Source of the DNA: a candidate division WOR-3 bacterium
GTDB lineage: Bacteria > Hydrothermota > Tepidihabitantia > Tepidihabitantales > DTDR01
Direction of reading: 5' to 3'
Assembly (NCBI GenBank): GCA_039801885.1
Contig: JBDRVN010000030.1
Span: forward strand, 1-21,005
Length of the DNA: 21,005 bases
The translations under genes and the position numbers were made by a program. Under the pieces are notes generated by a model. That model saw only the letters and a list, made by a program, of their open reading frames with translations, was not told where the DNA came from and searched no databases. Of the stretch, positions 9,542-15,850 are shown in pieces. Every line of letters starts with the position of its first letter. Position 1 is the first letter of the stretch.

Positions 9542-9738
9542 GTTATTGAGTATTAAAACAATCAAAGAAAATATCAGAAAAGTCTGCCAAATAGGTTATC
9601 TTATTTTCTTTTATTGATTGTTAAGAAATAATCTTAAACTACCATTTTTTAGGATAACTACTTTTCCATCATAAATAACACTTTTTAAATTAACAACAAA
9701 TTTCTCAACCAAAAAATTTTAAATAATCTAAAAGTAAA

Positions 9739-9768
9739 ATTATAGAAAAATTTACAATAAAGTCTCAA
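9739..9768 (-). promoter_or_regulatory. Candidate second minus-strand sigma70 promoter
   Basis: TTGAGA (9768-9763), 18 bp, TATAAT (9744-9739). AT-rich background lowers specificity. Confidence 0.35.
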
Positions 9769-9795
9769 AAAAATCAAATCCAAAGCGGTCTCCAA

Positions 9796-9814
9796 GGCTA
9801 TATACTATATAGCC
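9796..9814. repeat. Perfect 19-bp palindrome GGCTATATA-C-TATATAGCC
   Basis: Read directly: 9-bp arms, 1-nt centre. Confidence 0.85.
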
Positions 9815-9831
9815 CCCTATCCGAATGGTAG

Positions 9832-9949
9832 AATTGATTTAAGTCTTTAAATTTCAAATACTTACCTAATTTTTGGGCAAAATAAAAAGTTTCCATACAG
9901 GAAACTGGAAAATTGATTTAAGTTATTGAAAATTAAGAACTTATAAATC
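9832..9949. repeat. Two direct-repeat units AATTGATT-TAAGT-N15-ACTTA, with palindrome AGTTTCC-N5-GGAAACT between them
   Basis: AATTGATTTAAGT exact at 9832-9844 and 9911-9923 (79 bp apart); ACTTA at 9860-9864 and 9939-9943; palindrome at 9888-9906. Confidence 0.8.
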
Positions 9950-10011
9950 GGTTGCTTTTATTACTTTAAAATAGGTTGGATTTAGAGCGAATCTTTAAAG
10001 TTAAAAGAGCC

Positions 10012-10119
10012 AAAAATTCCCCTTGACTTTTTTTTTTCGTGCCTATATTTATATATGTAGGATGCTGATAATGAAGATATTGAAATTATTTTTAAAAAAC
10101 ATAAAATAAAAAGGAGGAA
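10012..10119 (+). repeat. Duplicated promoter/5'UTR/SD module, copy 1
   Basis: Near-identical to 13649-13757. TTGACT 10023-10028, T10 tract, TATATT 10044-10049, AAGGAGG just before ATG 10123. Confidence 0.93.
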
Positions 10120-10122
10120 GAA

Positions 10123-10782
10123 ATGAAAAATGTAATTAAATTGGTATTTTTAACTTTTATACCTTTGATTATTTTTGCCCAAAGTTCGTTTTTAGATGAA
10201 CAAGAATGGCCCTGTCGTTCAGGTATTGATACGGCGCGATATCCTGGAGCCCCTGTGATGGATGAAGTTCGTGTTATTGAACCTGCCAATCCAAATTATC
10301 AAAATTATCATATAATTCTCTCTCCTGTTACAGGTGAGACTTTAAAAATATATGGTTGTAAAGTAAAGGTGGAAAATGATTTTTGTGGAATTTGTCGACC
10401 AGAAACACAATCTGGACCAATTGATGCTTTTTTGTTAGACCCTAATTACCAGTACATACCCCCGGACTATAAAAGAACAGAACCTTGGAGTTTCACACCT
10501 TTATATGCGCCAAGAGGATTTTTACCAGAAAGTGCTATCGTGTGGGCTTATACAGAAAGACAGGAGAGAGACACATCGGAACCTGTTCTTCTTTGGACAG
10601 GAGAAAAAAGAGCATATGGAGAAAATGTAAGAGTTTCTTGGGTATCTTGGCATCCGGCCTGGATAAGATATTACCGGTGGAAACAAGTGGGTGAGCATGA
10701 AGCGGTATATTATGATCCAAATCCTCCTTATCCGAGATATCGTGTACATACTGGTTCTGTGGCTAATCTTTTTTGGTGGTAA
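10123..10782 (+). CDS. Secreted hypothetical protein (Pro/Tyr/Trp-rich, 4 Cys including CxxC)
   Basis: Strong SD; Sec signal MKNVIKLVFLTFIPLIIFA|Q; no family recognised. Confidence 0.85.
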   Translation: MKNVIKLVFLTFIPLIIFAQSSFLDEQEWPCRSGIDTARYPGAPVMDEVRVIEPANPNYQNYHIILSPVTGETLKIYGCKVKVENDFCGICRPETQSGPIDAFLLDPNYQYIPPDYKRTEPWSFTPLYAPRGFLPESAIVWAYTERQERDTSEPVLLWTGEKRAYGENVRVSWVSWHPAWIRYYRWKQVGEHEAVYYDPNPPYPRYRVHTGSVANLFWW

Positions 10783-10799
10783 ATATAAAAAGAAAGCCC

Positions 10800-10832
10800 T
10801 TGGGCAGGCGGGCAAAAGCCTGCCCAATTTTT
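10800..10832 (+). terminator. Intrinsic terminator-like hairpin
   Basis: TTGGGCAGGC (10800-10809), 8-nt loop, GCCTGCCCAA (10818-10827), TTTTT; 17 nt after the stop. Confidence 0.8.
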
Positions 10833-10846
10833 AAATAATAATTAAA

Positions 10847-12184
10847 ATGGTAACTTTTATTGCATTTTTAATTTTTAATCAATGGTTAGAAACCCAAATT
10901 GTTGTTGGGAAAAATCCAACTAGTGTTTGCTATAATCCAATTAATCATAAAGTTTATTCATTGAATAGAAGAGGCTCAAGTATTTCAATTATTGATGCTG
11001 CTACAAATCAAGTGATTGACACAATTTTTGTAAATAATCCCTTTGGCGAAATTGTGTATAATTCTCAAAATAATAAAATATATTGTGTATCCGGTTCCTC
11101 ACAAGACTCAATTGTAGTTATTGATGGTGCCATCAATCAAATAATTTTAAAAATATTAAACCCTTCTTCAGGTGGTAGATTACTTTATAATCCCATAAAT
11201 AACAAAATTTATTGTTTTAATTGTGATGCTAATGATGTAACTGTTTTTGATGGCGAAAGAGATAGTTTAATTAAGATAATTCAATATGGAATTGGCGATG
11301 GTCCTGTGAAAGGTTGTATTGCTTTCCAATTTAATAAAATCTATTGTTTTAATACTTGGGATGGAACAGTTTCAGTAATTTCCAGTGATATAGATAGTGT
11401 GATTAAAGTAATTCCGGTGGCACCTCGTCCCGGAGGGATTGGTTATAATTTTAAAAATAAAAAAATCTATGTTTCCCATATATATGACCCAGTTGTAGAA
11501 ATAATCGATGCTGAAAAAGACACTCTCATTACGACTATAAACTTAGGTGCTTCTTCTTGGGGTAGTATTTCTTACGATACAGTATATAATAATATTTACA
11601 TTCCTGCAGATTATTATGTGGCAGTTATTGACGGAGAGACTAACGTTATAATTGATAGGATTTATTTTAGTGGTGCTCTTTATGAGACATTTTATAATCC
11701 AATAAATAAAAAAATATACTGCAGTTATGTGAGAATTCATCCAATTTTCCAATCAATAATTGGAATAATTGATACAAAAACTCGTCAAGTTATTGATACC
11801 ATTCCTCTTAATAGATTAGGAGCCTTTTTTCCTTTTTGTCTCAATCCCCGTGAAAACAGGGTTTATATTCCCCATGCTTGGGTGGATGCTAGTGGAACAC
11901 CGCGAGATTCAGTGATTTCTGTCATAAAAGACGAAGTAAGCATAAAAGAAAGCCGATCATCTTCTTCTTTTGAGATAAAATATTTCCCCAATCCTTCAAA
12001 ACCAGATTTTCTTATTTTACCAACTAACGTAGAAAGCGTTAAGATTTATGATGTTAATGGTAAATTAATAAAGAAGGCAAAAGGACAAAAGATTTCGGTT
12101 AAAGAAATAAAAACTGGTATTTATTTTGTTAAAATTTTTACCACCGAAAAAGAATATATTAAAAAATTGGTAAAAGTATATTAA
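10847..12184 (+). CDS. YncE/YVTN-type beta-propeller protein with T9SS C-terminal sorting domain
   Basis: Eight ~42-aa repeats (YNPINHKVY, YNSQNNKIY, YNPINNKIY, AFQFNKIY, YNFKNKKIY, YDTVYNNIY, YNPINKKIY, LNPRENRVY), most followed by a V/I-I-D-type strand; C-terminal YFPNP...IYDVNGKLI...GIYFVKI...KKLVK. Confidence 0.9.
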   Translation: MVTFIAFLIFNQWLETQIVVGKNPTSVCYNPINHKVYSLNRRGSSISIIDAATNQVIDTIFVNNPFGEIVYNSQNNKIYCVSGSSQDSIVVIDGAINQIILKILNPSSGGRLLYNPINNKIYCFNCDANDVTVFDGERDSLIKIIQYGIGDGPVKGCIAFQFNKIYCFNTWDGTVSVISSDIDSVIKVIPVAPRPGGIGYNFKNKKIYVSHIYDPVVEIIDAEKDTLITTINLGASSWGSISYDTVYNNIYIPADYYVAVIDGETNVIIDRIYFSGALYETFYNPINKKIYCSYVRIHPIFQSIIGIIDTKTRQVIDTIPLNRLGAFFPFCLNPRENRVYIPHAWVDASGTPRDSVISVIKDEVSIKESRSSSSFEIKYFPNPSKPDFLILPTNVESVKIYDVNGKLIKKAKGQKISVKEIKTGIYFVKIFTTEKEYIKKLVKVY

Positions 12185-12189
12185 CTAAA

Positions 12190-13608
12190 TTATTTCAAAA
12201 TCCCGTAAACCTCATAATATTGGTTTAAGCCAAAAACTGGTTTTGTTCTTCCTAAATAGATAAAATTGGTATCTTCTTTTGGTGAGAAGTTTAAAAAGAT
12301 TTTAAAGAAGTCAAACATCACTAAGTAATCGGCATTTTTTGTTACATAATCTTTTATATCCCTTTCATTTCTTTTTATATTTTTATAAAACCTTCTCATT
12401 TCCGGATTGGTTAAGCCGACCAAGTCCAAGATTTCCCTTTCGGAGAAATATTTTAAGGCACCGACGTCGTGGGTAGCAATAATTGCATTTTTATCGGTCT
12501 TTTCTTTGAAATAATTACTCATATCATATAAAACCTCTTTTGTTGCCAAGATAGAGTTATTATATTTTTGATAGCCATCAATTACTGAAAGAACTTGGTT
12601 AATAATAATTAAAGATAATAAAAAGTAGAATATTCTTTTCTTAAAAAAGTTTTCTATTCCCAAACTAATAACACCGATTACAAAAGGATAAAAGATATGT
12701 TGATAACGACACCAATAATGACCAGTGGAGCCAGGAAATAGAATAAGATAACTTAAATAGAAAAGAAAGATAAAGATAAGATAATAATATTTTTCATACA
12801 ATCTTTTGGCAAAGGGAAGGAAGATAAAGAAGAGAAAACTGAAAGGATATAAAAGTTGGTAATAGAAGAGTTTTAAGCCATCAGAAAAAAATTGGAATTT
12901 TGTTTTTATTGGTAAATTTATCTCATCAAAGAAATGTGTCTTGGCAATTCCTGTTTGGGGAAGGAAAGAATGAGTATTTTTATAGTTACTAATAAAGAAG
13001 GGGAGAAGGATTAAAAAGGTAATTGCAAAAGGGAATAATTCCTTTAATTTTATTCTTTTAAATATTAGATAAATAAAAAGGGCAACTCCTAAAAATATTC
13101 CCTCGGGTCGGGTATAAATTGCTAAAGCCAAAAATATGCCAAAAAGTAGGTTTTTCTTTTCAAAAAAATATAAGGTTAAAAGAATAAAATCAATAAAAAG
13201 AAGTGTTTCTAAACCTGATAAGGCATCAAAGATAATTAGACCAGTAGTAGCAGTTAAGAAAGAGGAGATAAGAGCGATTTTTTCGTTAAAGATTAATTTG
13301 TAATATTTATAAGTTAAAAAGATTAAAAGGAAATAGGAGAAAATACCTAAGATAATACTTGATAAAGGTAGATTATGGAAAAAGAGGTTGAAAAAAGAGA
13401 TTAGAAAAATATGTAAAGGGGAAGTAGCGCCTTCATTAAAATATCTGCCATCAAAAGTAAGCCCTTTATACTGAAAGAGATTTTTAGCAAAGGTTAAAGT
13501 GATATAACTATCATCATAGACTAAAAAGAGTTCTTTATTCTGCGAAAGATAAATTAAAGGTAAAATTATTGAAATAATAAATAAGAAAATTAAAAGAACT
13601 TTTCTCAT
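12190..13608 (-). CDS. Polytopic membrane protein, GT-C fold glycosyltransferase-like (ArnT/PMT/AftB-like)
   Basis: DDSYI acidic pair after first TM, then AKNL..G.TF.G...EGATSPL, SGLET, TRPEG, many TM helices, C-terminal soluble HDVGALKY...ILDLVGL domain. Confidence 0.75.
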   Translation of the reverse strand: MRKVLLIFLFIISIILPLIYLSQNKELFLVYDDSYITLTFAKNLFQYKGLTFDGRYFNEGATSPLHIFLISFFNLFFHNLPLSSIILGIFSYFLLIFLTYKYYKLIFNEKIALISSFLTATTGLIIFDALSGLETLLFIDFILLTLYFFEKKNLLFGIFLALAIYTRPEGIFLGVALFIYLIFKRIKLKELFPFAITFLILLPFFISNYKNTHSFLPQTGIAKTHFFDEINLPIKTKFQFFSDGLKLFYYQLLYPFSFLFFIFLPFAKRLYEKYYYLIFIFLFYLSYLILFPGSTGHYWCRYQHIFYPFVIGVISLGIENFFKKRIFYFLLSLIIINQVLSVIDGYQKYNNSILATKEVLYDMSNYFKEKTDKNAIIATHDVGALKYFSEREILDLVGLTNPEMRRFYKNIKRNERDIKDYVTKNADYLVMFDFFKIFLNFSPKEDTNFIYLGRTKPVFGLNQYYEVYGILK

Positions 13609-13612
13609 AAGA

Positions 13613-13642
13613 AATATATAACTTAAAAAATTATAAAATCAA
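13613..13642 (-). promoter_or_regulatory. Candidate leaderless promoter for the GT-C gene
   Basis: TTGATT (13642-13637), 18 bp, TATATT (13618-13613), 4 nt, ATG (13608); no SD. Confidence 0.45.
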
Positions 13643-13648
13643 ATAATT

Positions 13649-13757
13649 AAAAATTTCCCTTGACTTTTTTTTTCGTGCCTATATTTATATATGTAGGGAT
13701 GCTGATAATGAAGATATTGAAATTATTTTTAAAAAACCATAAAATAAAAAGGAGGAA
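13649..13757 (+). repeat. Duplicated promoter/5'UTR/SD module, copy 2
   Basis: Near-identical to 10012-10119. TTGACT 13660-13665, T9 tract, TATATT 13680-13685, AAGGAGG before ATG 13760. Confidence 0.93.
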
Positions 13758-13759
13758 TT

Positions 13760-14095
13760 ATGGTAAAATATATTAACAATTTATTTTTCTTATTTTTAAT
13801 TATTGGTTTTCTTATTATTGGTTTTCTTTTCATTCCCATTCGTAGTGAAGCAGTCACAATAACAATTTATGGCCACGGAGGAATTCAACTTGTCCCTCCA
13901 AAGGTGTGTCCTGACTCTGGTGGAAAATGTGCTGAAATAGTATTTTCTGCTTCCAACGGAAATGAAATTGTAATTCAAGATGCTAATACTGGACAAAAAT
14001 ATTTGGTTATTTTAGAGGAACCTCTTCCAGCGGATGCCACAGAAGTGCAGGGCGCGGACCTTAAGATAAAAATTATCGAACCTTTAGAAGAATAA
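13760..14095 (+). CDS. Small secreted hypothetical protein with C-x6-C loop
   Basis: Strong SD; long hydrophobic signal ending SEA|V; mature part ~80 aa with CPDSGGKC and acidic C-terminal half. Confidence 0.85.
   Translation: MVKYINNLFFLFLIIGFLIIGFLFIPIRSEAVTITIYGHGGIQLVPPKVCPDSGGKCAEIVFSASNGNEIVIQDANTGQKYLVILEEPLPADATEVQGADLKIKIIEPLEE
13799..13828 (+). repeat. Perfect 15-bp tandem duplication (ATTATTGGTTTTCTT)x2 = IIGFL-IIGFL
   Basis: Read directly; in frame within the signal peptide. Confidence 0.9.
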
Positions 14096-14097
14096 GA

Positions 14098-15846
14098 ATG
14101 GGGCTTTTAACAAGGAGAAGAGGGGGAAGAAATATTCTTCTCCCTCTTTTTTTAATTTCTTTTCTTTTTGCTAAATTAGAATGGGAAAAACAGATTCACC
14201 GAATGTATCAATTAGAAGGAACTAATAAATCAATTGAGAGGTTTTTTAAAAATTTAAATATCCCTTATAAATCAGATACTGTTTATGTATTTATGGTGCC
14301 ACCGATGGTGGCTGCCCGAGTCGAAATAGGAATAAATTCTTTTATTCAACATTTACGCAAGCAGAGTATTAAAAATGATATCATTCTTCTTGCGATATCT
14401 AATAAAAGACGGGCGACGGAAAAGTATCTTGAAAGAAGAAGATTTTTAGCAGATTATCAAAAAATAGTAAATGAAGAATTCCTGAAATTCTTTTATTTTT
14501 CTGGCAGTATTTTTGAGGTTCCTTTTGTTACCAAATTTTATCTTCCTAAAGGCGAATTGCTTTCTTCTTTTTCTTTAATGGGAAAAATTGATTCAATTAC
14601 TGTCTCAGAATTTATTGCTGACTTATCAAAACCTAAAATTAAAAGGGAAACCATATCTCTTAAAAAAGTAAAGATAAAAGGAGAAAAATATAAGCCAATA
14701 TTTGTAAAAAAATTAAAACTTTATGATACTGAAGAACATCCGCTTTCTTCTACTTTTTATATTAGTATTAATCCTTCAGGAACTTATCTTGCTTTAAGGG
14801 ATAATCTTTCCTATAGCGTTTATATTTTTGATTTAATAACTGGCAAAATGTTGAATGTTTTATATCCTGATTCAATAGAAGAGAGAATGTTCGTTAATGT
14901 TCCTGAGAATATTTATGTAATATTAAAAAAGATGAATGTTTTAAATCCAATGTATTTTAACCCCCAATTTTATGACGATACTACCATTTTTATTAGTGCT
15001 TCTTTACCAAGAATTGAGATTGATATAAAAGGAAAAGATACAAATATAAGTTATTTTAATGCTCGTTGTCTTATTAGAAAGAGTATCTTTTCTAATAAAA
15101 TATTAAAATATCTTCTATTTAAACAGCCTCCTTTAGACATCTCTTATCTAATTAAACATACTGATATCTCGGTTATTCCTCAAACTGGATTGATATTTGC
15201 TTTATTCAGCAAAGGTTGGCCTTATGGAGGTGAAGTATTAGATGAGTTAAAGATACCACCTGAAGAAAATCCATTTACCAATGAGTTTTATAAGGAACAT
15301 TTATATCAATTCGCCATCTATGACTCAGAAGTTAATTTCCTTTGTTTTCTTGGCAGACTAAATAAGCAGTTTGAAGAATTAAAAATGGGTTATTTTCTTT
15401 GCGACGGATTTGTAAAATTTTATGGAGATAAATATTATCTCACTGATAGATATTCGGGAATAGTGTATATTTATAATCAAAAATTTAACTTGCTTGATTC
15501 AATTATATTATTTGAGAATTCTTCCCTTGTGTCGCCTTCTATTTCTTATTCCAAAGACCCTGTGGGTTATTTAGTGGAAGCATATAAGAAAAATTTTAAA
15601 CGGCGTATTTTGGATTTTTTATTGTCAGATGGTTTTGGTTATGCTTTAATTAAGGAAGAGGAGCAGCCGGTAATATATAAAATAAATCTTAAAGAAAGAA
15701 AGGTAAGGAAAATCATTCTTCCAATTAAGATTGAAGGGAAAAAGATAAATTATTATATTTTAAGAAAAACTAATATAGGTAGCGTCGTATCGGCACTATT
15801 AGAAAACTTAGAAGAAACCTTTTATATTGAATTTAAACTTCCTTAA
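14098..15846 (+). CDS. Secreted hypothetical protein; possible degenerate thioredoxin-like N-domain plus beta-propeller
   Basis: 582 aa; RRR n-region and hydrophobic stretch ending LFA|K; propeller-like strands (ISINPSGTYLALRD...VYIFDLITGK; YYLTDRYSGIVYIYN; PVIYKIN). Gene call firm, fold is inference. Confidence 0.75.
   Translation: MGLLTRRRGGRNILLPLFLISFLFAKLEWEKQIHRMYQLEGTNKSIERFFKNLNIPYKSDTVYVFMVPPMVAARVEIGINSFIQHLRKQSIKNDIILLAISNKRRATEKYLERRRFLADYQKIVNEEFLKFFYFSGSIFEVPFVTKFYLPKGELLSSFSLMGKIDSITVSEFIADLSKPKIKRETISLKKVKIKGEKYKPIFVKKLKLYDTEEHPLSSTFYISINPSGTYLALRDNLSYSVYIFDLITGKMLNVLYPDSIEERMFVNVPENIYVILKKMNVLNPMYFNPQFYDDTTIFISASLPRIEIDIKGKDTNISYFNARCLIRKSIFSNKILKYLLFKQPPLDISYLIKHTDISVIPQTGLIFALFSKGWPYGGEVLDELKIPPEENPFTNEFYKEHLYQFAIYDSEVNFLCFLGRLNKQFEELKMGYFLCDGFVKFYGDKYYLTDRYSGIVYIYNQKFNLLDSIILFENSSLVSPSISYSKDPVGYLVEAYKKNFKRRILDFLLSDGFGYALIKEEEQPVIYKINLKERKVRKIILPIKIEGKKINYYILRKTNIGSVVSALLENLEETFYIEFKLP
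14118..14153 (+). terminator. Intrinsic terminator-like hairpin inside the 5' end of ORF 14098
   Basis: AAGAGGGGGAAGAA (14118-14131), loop ATA, TTCTTCTCCCTCTT (14135-14148; one G-U pair), T7 run 14147-14153. Confidence 0.75.
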
Positions 15847-15850
15847 AGAT

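Noticed and set aside
9832-9949. Mini-CRISPR reading of the two repeats 79 bp apart
   Set aside because: Only two degenerate units, 13 bp exact identity, no cas genes in the window.
9776-9983. MITE defined by AAATCCAA (9776-9783) / TTGGATTT (9976-9983)
   Set aside because: Only 8 bp of inverted repeat in AT-rich DNA and no clear target-site duplication; not called without further copies.
9515-10122. oriC, dif, tRNA or known riboswitch in the long intergenic region
   Set aside because: No TTATCCACA cluster, no convincing XerD arm, no cloverleaf or aptamer I can recognise.
10092-13996. ORFs 10092-10289, 10485-10694, 10522-10827, 10535-10720, 11543-11752, 13796-13996
   Set aside because: Overlap better-supported genes; the cluster over 10123-10782 is explained by higher GC and fewer stops.
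6742-15846. RiPP cluster using TldDE on the small secreted proteins
   Set aside because: No YcaO, radical SAM, lanthipeptide or peptidase-ABC genes; TldDE is cytoplasmic while the small proteins have Sec signals.
10012-15846. Classical integron, prophage or IS-bounded island
   Set aside because: No integrase, transposase or phage genes; the repeats are promoter/SD modules without attC structure.
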